64,000 nt of DNA from Lama glama (GCA_028534125.1 CM052816.1:73720001-73784000), one strand, 5' to 3'; shown: positions 50,995-64,000, counted from the first letter of the stretch. Notes: generated by a model not told the origin, from the sequence alone. Program-made: numbers and translations.

Positions 50995-51600
50995 TCTATT
51001 CATTCAATCATTCACTCAATAAGTAAACTACTTACTGAGTACCAACTGCATGCCAGCCATTATTCTAGGTACCAGGAATACAGCAGTGAGCAAGAAAAAT
51101 AAGATTCCTGCTCTCCGGAGCTTACCCTCCTATAGACTGGGGTCAATAAACAAATCAATAAGTAAGGTAATTTTAGAGAGTGTTGAACTATGAGGTCACT
51201 AAAAGAATCTAAGGTAAGAAAGAACATCTCAAGAGCAACATTAAGTTGAGTAGTTGAGAAAAGTTACTTTAAGATGACGGCCTTTGAACCTGGAGTTGAG
51301 TGAAAATAAGGAGTCAGGCTCATGAAGATCTGGAGGAAGAGGATTTCCAATGCAAGGAGTGAGGCAAGCAAAGGCTCTAAGATGGAAAGTTGCTTAACCA
51401 GCCCAAGGCAATATAAGGAGACCAGAGTATTGCAAGGAGAGGGAGCTCAGGAAGGAGATGGTGCTGGAGAGGTAGGGAAATCAACTTAGAGCTTTGATGA
51501 CCCCATGAAGACCTTTGGATTTTATGTGAATCACAATACGAAGCACGAGTATAAGTACGTAGGTGAATGATATGACCTGATTTATTCCAGAGAGGAAATT
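50995..51600 (-). mobile_element. L2 3' fragment
   Basis: ttcattcaatcattcactcaa...ttactgagtacc...gccagccattattctaggtaccaggaatacagcagtgagcaaga. Confidence 0.8.
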
Positions 51601-52439
51601 GGGTCTCATTATATTGTTTGAACAATTAAACGGTTTATTCTTGGGTACAAAAATAGAATTACAATGAATTTAAACCCTGGTTTGGATTTACAGAGTAGTT
51701 TTCTCCTAAGGAAACAACATGCTATGGAAATCACCACCTATTCTATTCTGCCAGCACTGATGCTGCTGTTCATTTTATAGCTAGGGACTGAAATGGGGTA
51801 AGGTTACTTCATTTTTTATTCCCTACAGGTAATAATGACCATCACCGTGGAATATGCACCCCAGTAGCATACTTGTGGCTGCTGTCTAGTCAGGGCAAAT
51901 ATCTTGTCTTGCTGATTTCACCAAACACTTTTCCTTACCCTTCGCTTCTGATGGAGGAATTTTTCTGAGTATTTCTGGAAGACGAAATGCTGCCTACCAA
52001 ATTACAAGCAGACAGGCAGTCCTGCTTTAATTGATGGATGGTATGAGTGTTATGAGCCACTAAGCCCCAGACCAACTCAATTTAGCCACTTGAACTATTC
52101 GCCCATATCCTAACAACACACAGTAGGGAATGAGTGTCTTATTGCTTTTAGGAAATGGAATTCATAAATAAAAATAAGATGGTATTTGGGGTGTTTTACT
52201 GACCTCACATTACCGACAAGTCAAATAAACACCATCTCCAGTTTTTCAGCCCAGAGATCAGAAGCTTAAAAGAAGTCAATCTTGAAAGTCAACCCATTAA
52301 CCTCTGCCTCTCCATTATCTTGTGTTAGACTTTTAGAGAAACTTCTGTATAGCTGCAGCTCCTTAAACCTTGTAATCTCAAGAAGAGCTCAGAGGACTTG
52401 ACATGTCTTAGGAGCTGTTAAAGTGGAGTTAGGAGATTT

Positions 52440-52880
52440 AATGAAAATTTAAAAGATCATAGAAAGTTTTTTGCAGTCCAATGAATGTTTTCCCTTAATC
52501 TTTCTGCAGGCCTTTTGTTGTAGAATAACATTTCTGCAAGAGAAGTTGCCACAACCATCACTCAAAAGCATGACTTCTCTGAATAGTTTCCTCGAAATTA
52601 TTAAGTGCAAGCAAGTATTGATAGGAGAGTCCCCAAACTGTTCAAGTGTCACTTCATGGCAAAGGATTATGCTGGCAAGTCCCATTGTGAAATATCCTTC
52701 CTTCTGATAAACTGAAAGGGAGTAACAGCTTCCTGCTATAGCTGGTCTTTGGGTATGTCACCATCCCTTGTTGGTTTCCTTAACCTTGTCCACACCTCTG
52801 TTCACAGTCCCCTCCAATTCTTTCCAATTAAGCCATTTTGACTGTGACATGTTTTCTTCTGGGATCTTGACTGATTCTGT
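52440..52880 (+). mobile_element. LTR33-like ERVL LTR
   Basis: 3' end ccttaaccttgtccacacctctg...agtcccct...ttcttctgggatcttgactgat. 5' boundary uncertain. Confidence 0.55.
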
Positions 52881-53040
52881 ACCTGACCTCTGATCAAAGA
52901 TAGCCCAGAATCCTATTAAAAGGATAACCTCTTAAAATCTTTCTGAACCATCAGGATCACCCTGTCCTTTACTCCTCACTGTCCTTGTTGTTGGTATTAT
53001 GTTGTCACACTGGTTCTGGGGACCTAGAACTAGTTAAACT

Positions 53041-53063
53041 AACAAACAAACAAACAAACAAAA
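53041..53063. repeat. (AAAC)n microsatellite
   Basis: aacaaacaaacaaacaaacaaaa read directly. Confidence 0.9.
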
Positions 53064-53077
53064 ACCCAGCTCATACC

Positions 53078-53640
53078 AACCAGTATTTCTTGAGCATCTA
53101 CTATATACCCAGAACTGTGCTAGGATCTAAAAAGACAGAAATATAGAAGATATTGCTCCTGCTGTCAGGGATCTCACATTCTATTAGGTAAGTATACCTT
53201 TTCTAAGCGAAAAACCTCCAAGAAACCTTCTCATAGATGTTTCTTGCACATAAAACCAACCCATGTGTGAAGAAGGGAAAGGCAGAAGGCTGGCACTGCA
53301 ATAATTATAGTCCAAAGGCTGCAAATTACTTATGTTAAACAGCTTGGCAGGAATTCAGGTACATGAGGGAGAGTAATAGAAAGATGAGACTGAGGATTTA
53401 GCTGAAACCAGGTAATAGAGAGTGTTGAATGTCATACTAATTGATTTGGGTGTAAATTCATAGGAAATAATAGATCTTTAAAGATTTTTAAGCTGGAGAG
53501 TGAAATGATCAGATCTAAACTTTAGAAGTATTACTCTAGAACAATAAACAAATAAATTGAAGGATACTGAAAGAAGAGGAAAGGAGACCAGGTATAAAAT
53601 TACAATAGCCTCAGAAAGGCCTCAAAAGGCTGAAATTGTG
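53078..53640 (-). mobile_element. L2 fragments
   Basis: tatttcttgagcatctactatatacccagaactgtgctagga; agatttttaagctggagagtgaaatgatcagat. Confidence 0.65.
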
Positions 53641-54409
53641 GGCACAAAAACGAAGAAACAAACACAACAGACTGCAAAAACTGAACAACAAATGGAGAAG
53701 GCTCATTAATTCTAGCAATAATACTGAGGTACAGAAAATCTTGGGTAAATTATTGTGGGTTACATATTCGTTAACCCAAATATCTTTGGTCTTAGCTCAA
53801 ATCTACAGAATTTTCTCCTACCCTATATACTGCTCTGTATAAATTACTGGCGTATTTTCCACTCTGAAATAATTAACCAAAATGTTCATCTGACCCACTA
53901 TTGCTCCATTTTTTAAAAGTTTCTGTTTCAATGAAATAGCATGGTGGTCATCATTCTGTTAGAAAGAATGTGGTGTGGTTTTTCTGCCTTACATCAGACA
54001 ATAAGGAAAACATTGGAAGCTTTATAATGAAGAAGCAAAGCTATAATCATGGCTCAAACATGATTCCATCACATTTCACTTTCTCCATAAACTCTCTTTG
54101 AAAATAAATGAGAAAAAGTAGGAAATGTTCTTTCAGCTTTTAAAACAAGGCAATAGAAAGTAACATAATTATACAAATACAAGATTAATTGAGATCATAT
54201 GGAAGAGGTTATTATAACAGTATTAATCATTATTAAAAGCAAAAGTATTAAAAAGATTGAACAGCTAATGTCTCTACTCAAACAGATCACCTATATGCAA
54301 TGAAGCAATTCTTAAAATTCCTCCTTTACATTTATTTCTCCATATTGAATCCTCAGAGAAATATTCTAAGACAAAAATCAGAGATACAAAGGCATCCCTT
54401 AAGGTTCAG

Positions 54410-54830
54410 TTTTTAGTCCTTGACTCTTCCCTTGTTATGTTTCCTCCATCTGAGAGCTCATCTATTTTCAGTTTCCATTACTTTCTCAATATTCTGTAGC
54501 TTCAAGCCTACCATCTCTCCTAAACTGAAACCCCCTTTCCTCTTTCTATGTAGTGGACATTTCCATGCAATGTCTTGCAGTTGCCTCAAACTTCATGTAA
54601 AAATGTTTTTAAAATCTAAAAGAAAAATCTAAAAATCTAAAGCAGAATCTGTCATCTCTCTTCCATGTCTGAATCAATTTGTCGTACCATCCTCACCACA
54701 TTTAAAGTATATTCGCCCCATCATTCAATTTTGAAATCTTGATATCATCTTTTTTCCACTCCTCTATTTCATCCATTCCTATAAATGTTCCCTTCCAAAT
54801 GTGTATTATTCTTCATCTCTAGTGCCTTCA
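54410..54830 (+). mobile_element. L2 fragment
   Basis: ggacatttccatgcaatgtcttgcagttgcctcaaacttcatgt. Confidence 0.6.
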
Positions 54831-54884
54831 CATTGGGATTATTAATGATAACATTTTGGTTGTATACATTATACTAGACACTCC

Positions 54885-55120
54885 TCCAGAGCAAAATACT
54901 GAAAACACTGCCTTGAATTCCAGGACTGGTTCTGACCAAAATGCAGAGCTTTAAGCAAGTTTAACATCTTAAACTCAAATCTTCTCATCTTTAAAATAGA
55001 GATAATGATGCTTCATATGTTTGTTAAGAGGATGAGATGACATAATTCATATAAAAAGACATAGCACCATAATTAGCAACAAATAAGAACTCAGTAAATT
55101 TTAGCTGCTGGTGTCATCAT
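54885..55120 (+). mobile_element. MIR
   Basis: agcaagtttaacatcttaaactcaaatcttctcatctttaaaatagagataat...ctcagtaaattttagct. Confidence 0.7.
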
Positions 55121-55744
55121 TACCTCACCCAGAGACAATGCATCAGTATATTATAGCTAAGCTAATCTTAATTAAACTTATATCATGACAGTGCCTTGCT
55201 CAAATTCCATTTATCAACCACCTAAATTATTGAATTTATCAAGTTTTTCTTCCCTGGAATTTGTTTTATTTGCATTTAAAGCATTTCTTACTTGTGATGG
55301 TGTTGGAAACATCATATGAGATGCCTTCCCACTTTGTCATCAATAACTCCAAGTACCCAGGACCTTGAAGTTATCCTTTTTTGGTCCTTCTAATTCAAAA
55401 CCATAAAAGGAAACACCAGCCATTAACACATTTTGTTCTTAAACTAAAGCCTTAAAAACTACACTAAAGTCATTCACTTTTGACTTTGAAAAACTGGAGT
55501 TCACTATTAGATGCAAGTATAATTTCTTTTGGGATGTGATGGCTATAGCCTGATCAGGCATGTCATGGGATCTGAATAACCGATTCAAGCATGGCGTTTT
55601 CATAAGACAAGTGGGGTCCTGCAGGATCCTCTGTCAGTGTGCTCTGATGAGTGAACACAACAAGCACTCTGAGGCTGGGAAATATTTCAAACCCTTTTAC
55701 AAGAAGTTGAGAATTTGGTATTGTTTTTTTTCTCCCCATCATTT

Positions 55745-55850
55745 TTAAACCCTATTGTGTTTCAAAGGAAATTCAATCCATCTGTTTCTGCTTCTTCAAA
55801 ACGCTGTTGTTTTGTAAGAGCTATTTGATGTCACAAAGCCTGATGGGTCT
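55745..55850. repeat. MER121-like ancient repeat (copy 2)
   Basis: tttcaaaggaaattcaatccatctgtttctg...tgttgttttgtaagagctatttgatgtc aligns by eye with 6792-6885. Confidence 0.7.
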
Positions 55851-58800
55851 CAACAAAGCCATTTGCTTCCCAATGGAAGGCTACAGATCTCTCCAAGGAA
55901 TTAATGAAACTAGAACCTCAGGCATCTTAGACCTCACAGACCTCTATCACATTGTGAGAGTTTCTCACAACTTGAGTTTCCTTTTATGAAGAGCATCTCG
56001 ATAGGAAATTGCTCCCAACAGCTTCATTAATCAGATACTTCAAAATGTGGTATCTTGCTCATATTTATTTTCTCAGTACATTTTAATTCTGACTAGCAGG
56101 GAACATTCTATCTGAGGAAATGAAACCCCTGTGATAAGTATTTAAATTTTTTATTATAACTCTATAATAATGACATTTTGCTATAGAAAAAAAATATTTT
56201 CCTCATACAGCAGATCTTAAAATAGGCTTTTGGGCTTTTGAGGAAAATATTTTATAATATTTAGAAATAAAAAGGTAATAATGATGAAAGGCCTTCCTTT
56301 GCCTAGACAGCCAATTGGGAAATTTTCAAGAAATAAAACATAAACTAGTAGATGTAGAAATCATTTCATAACAATAAGCTGAAGAGTATAGCTTTTCTTC
56401 TTCTTAGAGTAAGCAACAATTGTAAATAGAGTCCTGGGGCTCTGAACTGAAGCAATGAGGGAAATTAAATTGCAAAGCAATTAAGAAAGATGCAATTTAA
56501 CCAAATTACAATTTTGCCTTCCTGATGTCACCAAGCTTTTGTTACCACTTTCTCAAATAAGTCAGTGAATTAAGAAAAAGGAAATAACTCAAATTAATGT
56601 GTTTTGAACTCCATCAATTTGTTACAGTAAGATTTTCTACAGACGCTGAATTTAATCAAAACAGGAAAGAGAATTCTTCATGCTAATTTATTAACATCTT
56701 ATAAGTCTGAAGAGGCCAGAATTCCAAAATAACCTCTGTAATTAGCTGATATGTGAGAATACCTTTGCATTTCTTTTTATAAAACCTTCCCTCTAAATAT
56801 ACTTACAGTGATAACTACCTTAAAAATATGGAACCCAAACTGATATGATATCAACCAAACCTCGAAATGGCCATTTTCTGGTTAATTGGGCAACAGGAGA
56901 AATAAATTTCCTAATAGGTTATCAGAAATATATCAATATCTGAGTAGGATGTCATCTTTTGCTAGTCTTTCTCACTTCACTTGGTTGTTTTTTCTTGACT
57001 GGGGTTCTTCCATGAGATAAAATTCCCTAAGTTACTTTCCTTTCAAGTAAGATATTACAGCCAGTTAAATGATGTTGAAGCTAGTCACTGTAAAAAACAT
57101 GTACATAACTTGAGGTGCAGAGTTCAGGTGAGACTGCTGAGAAACCAAACAGATTCTCTTTTATTCAGATCACACAGAGTTACAAGACCCTAGGATGGGT
57201 GGGTATGCGGGCTCAAGACACTGACATCTTGCACACGTTCCTTTTCCTTTGATATAGACATAATCTAGTTAAAATGGAAATGTATTAGGAAAGTCAAACA
57301 ATTAATTGATGCAAGAAAGGTTGTTTCATGTTTTGTGTAAATCAAAGCTAAAAATTCATTTGAGGAACAGCGCTGTATTGTAGACTAAACACAATTTGGC
57401 CTGAGTGTAGCGTTTGGTGTGGGTGTTAAAGTTGTTCTGGACTACACATGGTCGGTAATCCTCAACAGAAATGTTAACTCAATTTGTCAGTATTATCTTT
57501 ATGTCAACAGTAATGCTTAAATATTTACAATAGGCATAGTACGCTGAGAGTTAGTAACACAAGATAAATTGAAAAAATGCTAACAAAATGGATGGTACTA
57601 ATAGAAAGCCCTGGCACGACAGTCTCTGATTTTATACACAAGAGGCTTGCCTGAAGGTAAGACTTTATGAGGTTCTATCATTGATATGCTGCTCCAAAAG
57701 CTTCCTTAAAAAATAAAGGAAAAAGATTAAACGTTCTTTAAAAAGAAGCAAAGCAATGAGTTTACTAAATTTATTCTATATAAGTCAACATTTGAGTCTA
57801 AAGTACATACTGCTAATATTCTTCTGAAAAAGACTTAAATAATGTTGAACAACTTGAACTTCTATGCATTCTCTAGATATATGGCCTTTTTTAACTCTCC
57901 ACAGAATTAAACAGCTACCACATTAACACACAGAACAAACTGCTATGAAGAAAGTGAAAACGCTCCCTCTTTCTCCTTTCATTTCCCAGTCCTGCTTCTG
58001 TTGCTACTGTTTGTTGTGTTAAAGGAGTGCTGTGTGATTAAATTCTTTGTATCCTGAGTTCTCGGAAAAAACAGAGATAGATAAAACTAATAAATACATC
58101 TCCTAGACTAAAACATTGCCACTGTACGCAGCCACCTAACAAAAAGCAAATCAATCTTTACAAATCCCAGGATACCAAAAACAAAAGACAAAAATTCTTA
58201 TATCAAAAGTTATACATTTTAAGAAGAAAAACAGAAAAATGAATGAAACAAATGAAAAAAGTACACAGAAGTGAAAAAAGTAAGATTATGAATTTGTATT
58301 GTTTAAGGTAAAGGAATAAAAATTGAGTAAAATTTACAACTTCTTATAAAAGACTAGCATTTGTTACCCATAGGAAGATAAAGTGAAATAAGTAGACCAA
58401 AATATATTCCCATTTTAAAGCCACTTTTAATTTTCAATGCTTCTTTAGAATTAATGCACTTAATTGTCTGTGTTTAAAGAGGAGAAAAGGCCACATTCTT
58501 GTGATTTGAGCAGCCTGCATCTTTACACTATGCTCCTTCCCACCATTCCAGCTGTCCTGTAGTAATTTTGTTGTAACTTTTTAAGGAGAACTGATGGGAG
58601 ATAGTCTACTGCTAAGAAATATGCAACAAACTGTTTCTGTGACACCTGCTTCACAGCCTAATGCATCTTGAAAGATTTTGCGTTTTATTTCAGGAAAAGC
58701 ACACTGGTACTCCATCCAAAAGAATATTCACTTTACCTTCTTCCCAAGAGGACTTTTCAAGCCAAACTGGTAGAGAAGAAATCTAGCAGGGGTAGTCTTC

Positions 58801-59149
58801 AAAAGCAGCAGTGTCAGTCACTGCTGTGTAATATTCTGGTTTTCACTGATTTCTCCCTCTAATGTCAGTTATTTGGGTACAAGTACTAAGGACCACCTGT
58901 TATTTACTTTATAATAAATCCATAACCCTAATACTAATGATTACTCACTATTTATAATTTTCAGTTCTTCCTGTTATTACATCAATAATGATGCATTCAT
59001 AGAAGGGACACACATAGAAGAGACCTGACCACAGTTTACCCAAGGACATACATAGTGGATTTATTATGAACAATTACAAACATATGTGTGTCCTGGATAC
59101 ACCAATAGTAAGATGGATACCAAAAGTGCCCAAGACCCATCCCATTTGG

Positions 59150-59800
59150 CTCCAACCAACCTTTGTAGCCCTGTCTCCTACAGTTCCTATTACCGTTTTC
59201 TTTGATATACTGTCTGCTCTTCGTTCATCTTCTCCCTCTATCTCAAGTGCTCCTCTCTCTTCCCCATAAGGAAATTCTTCCCCATTCTTTAGGAACTTAC
59301 TTAAATGTCACCTCTTTTTCTCACACTCTCTCAGGTGGCTGGGTGCTCCTCCTCTTGACTATCACAGCACTATTATTGCTATTGTTATTAAACAGTGATC
59401 CCATTGTGGCTGACTCCCTCACCAGAAAACAAACACCTTGAAGAGAGGATCATTTATTATTTATCTTCGTGCTTCCAGTGCATATCACAATGTCTGGTGT
59501 GTAGCGAGTTATCCATTGCCACAATAATGCTGTGTTACAAATCACCCCAAAACTCAGTGGATTAAACAACAACCATTTATTATTGCTCACAAGTCAGCAG
59601 GTCAACTGAGTGGGTTCTCAGGTCACAGTTGGGTTCACTCTTCCAACTGCAGTGACCAGTGGATTGGACAGACTGCTGTTCCCTGACTATTCTTTTGTAT
59701 CTTTGGGGTTAGCTGGCCTCAACTCTTCTCCATGTAAATATCACATTCCTCCTTCAGAGCAGTTCAGGCATATTGTAAGCATTCAGTAAATATCAGTTCC
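59150..59800 (+). mobile_element. L2 3' region interrupted by an MLT1 fragment
   Basis: L2 ...ccagtgcatatcacaatgtctgg before 59497 resumes as gtaagcattcagtaaatat after ~59775. Confidence 0.6.
59498..59775 (-). mobile_element. MLT1G/H-like LTR fragment
   Basis: ttgccacaataatgctgtgttacaaatcaccccaaaactcagtggattaaacaacaaccatttattattgctcac. Confidence 0.75.
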
Positions 59801-60639
59801 CTTCCTCTTCCTCTTTTTCTTCTTTTTTTTCCTCCCTTAGACTTCTATTTCAACATGATTTTCTTTGATTCCCCTATCAGTCTTGTACTAAGAATGATCA
59901 ATATTCCTCTCTGAGATAATACCCTCACTTTGCTTCAAATTTTATCTTTCCTATATTATCTCTCCTCAAGAAGTTGTCAAGGATTGGTCATCATTTCTAG
60001 CTAACTAATTTCTAGATGATAACAATTATAATAATATTTGCATTTTAAACACCTTAACTTAAACTAATGAGTTATTTCAGGAACCATAAAGGAAAGTGGA
60101 GCCTTTGGACACTTCTAAAATCACATCAGTTCGTTGAGTTCCTCTTCCAATTGCACGTTTGATCTGCTCTGAATTTTGTTTCAAGTTTTTAAAGCCAATG
60201 CAGATAAACAGTAGTCACCACAAACCAAAAGCTTTCATTTTTAAAAATTACAATTAAATGAGTTATATTGTATAATTATTTTTACATAAGGTATTAAGAA
60301 AATTAAAAGGGCTACAATCATTTTTCAAAACCAATTAAACTACAGTTGATAATTGTATGACTATAGAATTTTAGTGCCTCGACTTTTCATGATTTTATTT
60401 CCAGAGAATTGAACTTCTGAATCATCAGTAAAATATCTTTCCTAAAATTAAAAAGAAATGAGTAGTGGGCCAAGAGAAAAAAATATATCAAGTAAGAAAG
60501 ACAAGCATATATTTAGTCACCTGTGTAACCATTTATCATCATGATCCAGAAAATTGGTGATCTCAAAATATGAAGCCACTGATAGACAGTTGGACACCAT
60601 TATAAAATGTCTGGTCCTCTATGTACGTAACAGAAGGAA

Positions 60640-62130
60640 GAAAGAACAAATGTTTATTGAATGATACAACATGCAGTGCACTCAGTAAAGGTAAATGGAA
60701 TTGGGGAGGACACACAGATAAGACTGGATGTCTTTCCTCAATAATTAAACTTAAAACCTAGAGCAATATACAGACTTTCAGTCTAACCATTGCATAATCT
60801 ATCATATGTGTTTCCAAAAATCTTGGTTTTTTTTTTTTAAAGGCACTGTGAGCCACCAAGGAAGAAGTGATTCATTTCAACTGAAAGGAGGGGAAAAAGT
60901 CTTGAAGAATATCCCTTTCCAACCTTGAATGATTAGTTTGATTTTGATAGTAGTAATTACAAAGACACACAATGCTTAGTGAATAACCCAAATCAAAGGT
61001 GGAATGAAAAAGTTTCTAGTGCTCACTAAGGAGCAGTGAATAATAGAGGGGCAAGGTGTAGCATGTGTGTGAAGGACTGTTCAGGAGGGAATGTGCCTCG
61101 AATGGTAGTATTTGAAGTCAGATTGAGTGAGTATGGAATACTATATTAAATATTTAACATGGACATCATCCAGAAATTCCCCTCCTTCACATCCAGTCCA
61201 TTTGTATGGTAAGTTCTGGTTCCTGAAATTATTCATTAGTTTAAGTTTAAAAGCATTTAAAATGAAAATATTATTATAGTCATTAACACTTCAAAAGTAG
61301 CTTCCTAGAATTGATAACTATTTCTTGACAACTTCTTGAGGAAATAAAATTCAGGAAAGATAAATAAAAGGTTATTGTAACTGCTATTTGGAGAATGGAT
61401 CGAAGATGAGCAAGAAAACAGGGAGGCCAGGTAGGAGGGTAGTGTTGTAATCTAGGCGAGATTCAATCTAGCTTCAATTAGAGTAGCAATGATTGGGGAT
61501 GGAGAGAAAAGTGACAGCTGTTGAAAAGGCAGCCACAACATAGGACACCCTGAATAAATATTTGTCAAGTAAGTGGATTTATCCCCAGGCCATGGGCAAC
61601 CAAATATTTTTGAGGATGGAAATTTGTATTCCATAATTCTGATAGTGTGACCGTGTGGCAGTGTGGATGGTGGTTTAGAGGTAGGAATTCTGAAGGTGGA
61701 AAAATTAACTTAAAAACTAGGATAAATATGCAGAGGTAAGAGGACTGAGGTTCAGAAACAGGACAGGGAAGAATAAAGGAAATAGAAAAAAATATGACAA
61801 TGAATATATATATGTTCATGTATAACTGAAAAATTGTGCTCTACACTGGAATTTGACACAACATTGTAAAATGATTATAAATCAATAAAAATGTTTTAAA
61901 AAAAGGAAATAGAAAAGACGGAATTTTAAAGAGCTGTATGAAGCTAAAGACTAATTCTGTAGAGAGTATAGGGAACAATAAGGAAGTAAAGGCTTCTTTC
62001 AAGATTAATTATCACACCCTCAATATAAATAGGGCACCAAGGAGATAAATCAAGTTTGAGGTAGGAAAAGTTGATAATTCTCTTTTAAACATGTCAAAAT
62101 TGAAATTGGAGATAACTGTGTATGAAAAGA
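60640..62130 (-). mobile_element. L2 fragments
   Basis: aacaaatgtttattgaatg; ggaggccaggtaggagggtagtgttgtaatctaggcgag; ttttaaacatgtcaaaattga. Confidence 0.55.
61790..61901 (+). mobile_element. Very short young L1 3' end with 15-bp TSD
   Basis: Nearly identical to 20070-20187; aaaggaaatagaaaa at 61775-61789 and 61902-61916. Confidence 0.93.
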
Positions 62131-62149
62131 TAATCACATTTCCTCTGGT

Positions 62150-63200
62150 CCGTATCAGAACCAAGCTTGGGGACCAGGCTCCTAGAGCCTACCCACAATG
62201 CAGAGTGGCTAGGTCACAGGGCACACTGTGCTGTGGTTGACAACAAGAACATGCAAGGTAGAAGACGTGAGGAAGGCTAGTCTCTTTGGGCAGAATATTA
62301 TGGTATTAAAATGAGACAGCATTAGGAGAGACATAGCCATAAATAAGACACGGTCTCAGTTTTACCCTAGAAAGGCAAGATGAGTTAAAAGGGAGTTAGC
62401 CCTGTGAGAAGCTAGAACAGTTCTCTTGCCCACACTCCCAACTGGGACTCTGTACAGGAAGACTCACAGCAAGAGGGAAGCCCTGAACAGCTAAGAAATG
62501 ATGCATTCTGGTCAGACAGAGGGAAATCCTAAAGTGTGGTTTTCCTCCATGTAGCATAGATGAGACAAGACCTCAGAGAGCTGAATTTGAGTGAGGAATC
62601 TGCAGAGGTAGGGGAATTGGAAAATCCTGAATTAACAGCTGCAAAATACAATACCCAGACAGGGTCTAAAGAGGTCTGCAGCAGCTTCATAACACCTGTA
62701 TGACTGAATTTGCCAGGGAGTGCCAACAAGTACCCCAGTCACTGACTTCAGCTGCAAATTCAAGCAGAACAAGCCCCAACCATCTGGGCAAGGGACATTC
62801 ATTCACACAGAGACCAGAGAAGCAAGGGATATACTGCTTGAGGACACCTAGTCTTCCACTTGGACATATCCATCCCCCCCACTACCTCCTGCCAGATACC
62901 ATCAGATACTACCTGAGGAGACAGGAGGGATAATAGAAAATTAAAACATCTAAGAGACAGAACATTTGATCCTAGACATACTGACCATTACCCAAGTGAA
63001 GTATTTAAATTACATCTGGTCCAAGGTCTAAACACAATTGAACATCTGGTGTAGTTACTTTGAGGGGAGGGGATCTTAAGGGTGGAGGTCCCTGCTACGT
63101 TGGGTAGAGTTGAGTAGGAGCTAGACTAATCACTGAGAAAATTAATGTTATATTTCTCTGCATATGTAAGGTATAATGTGAGTTAAATTTATGACTCTGC
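62150..63200. mobile_element. Possible ancient LTR (LTR78/Gypsy-like)
   Basis: GC-richer ~1 kb block with weak resemblance to old eutherian LTRs; family uncertain. Confidence 0.35.
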
Positions 63201-64000
63201 AATGGTAAATAATAATAGTAATGGTAATAGTTTTGGTAATATTGGTTCCATAGGTTTCTTAATTGTCCACATTAGTAGGTAGCATTTACCTGTTATGGCA
63301 TTCTCAACAGCAGGCACCATTTGACCTAATAAAGAGGCAAGAAAAACATAACTCTTCGGATGGCAGTGAGTAATAATGCCGTTGGTATTGGAGTAGAATG
63401 TTAATTAATACAAATGGCTAGAGATGACACTGAACACTTAGAAGAAAGATCTTGGAAGATCTTAAACATCCAACTAAGAAATTACTCCTACATGTATATA
63501 GAGTAAATGGATATCTTTAAGGACTAGAATAACACTGGAGAAATCTGTGCATTATGAAGATTAACCTGACAGTTATGTGGGGGATAGTTTGGGCATTGGG
63601 TGTCAGCAAATATGGGTCTCACAGATAGTGCAAACTTGGAATATATGGGTCCTAAGACATATTTTAACTATGATCACTTGTAGTTCCCTGCTCAAAAAAA
63701 AAAAAGTCTACAGCATTCTACTAGAAGAAATCAAGTTTAAAATAAACACAGAACAGTATTAAAATGGGAAGGACAGAAAGCATGCAATGCTGGCCACTGG
63801 AGAGATGAGTGTAGGAGCAGGAAGAAAGAACTCTGTATAACAAATGGATAGATGGAGACTGGAGCCAGAAGGACCATCTTTCCTCATCCTGCTACATACC
63901 CACTGCCAGCTTACTGAGTTTACCTAGGGCAGGACACCAAAGTCTGAAACACACATCCTAGAAATTGCACTGTGGGACCAGACCATGTGGGAAATGGTGG

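Noticed and set aside
51806..51836. Plus-strand ttttttattccctacag|gtaata AG/GT junction
   Set aside because: Strong acceptor but weak donor and opposite to the inferred host strand; reconsider if the host proves to be on +.
52005..52022. Partial resemblance to miR-214 (cagacaggcagt)
   Set aside because: Only the 3' part matches; the seed and the hairpin partner are absent.

Overview
AT-rich, CpG-poor eutherian mammal DNA, probably a camelid. This rests on a tRNA-derived SINE at ~26.4 kb and cetartiodactyl-type L1 3' ends, recognised from memory and not by a search. No host protein-coding gene, RNA gene or CpG island is recognisable. The identifiable ORFs are transposon remnants (ERVL gag, L1 ORF2), and the rest look like noise. 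The window is a mosaic of L1, L2, MIR, MaLR/ERVL LTRs and hAT/Tigger DNA transposons separated by unique stretches. Almost all L1 copies lie on the + strand, which suggests a very long intron of a gene transcribed on the - strand (inference). Most notable: (1) a nested stack L2 > LTR > near-full-length Cheshire-like hAT transposon > L1 at 43.3-47.3 kb; (2) a decayed RTE-clade LINE endonuclease on the - strand at 22.2-23.0 kb, missed by the ORF track; (3) two MER121-like ancient elements 49 kb apart; (4) a candidate recursive splice site (YAG|GTGAG) on the - strand at 6102; (5) CpG-retaining repeat-free enhancer candidates, one holding a possible alternative first exon; (6) a CTCF-like motif beside an E-box; (7) young L1 insertions with target-site duplications and several short tandem duplications. 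I found no evidence for a new multi-gene system. Family names come from recalled consensus sequences, and repeat boundaries are approximate unless termini or TSDs are quoted.
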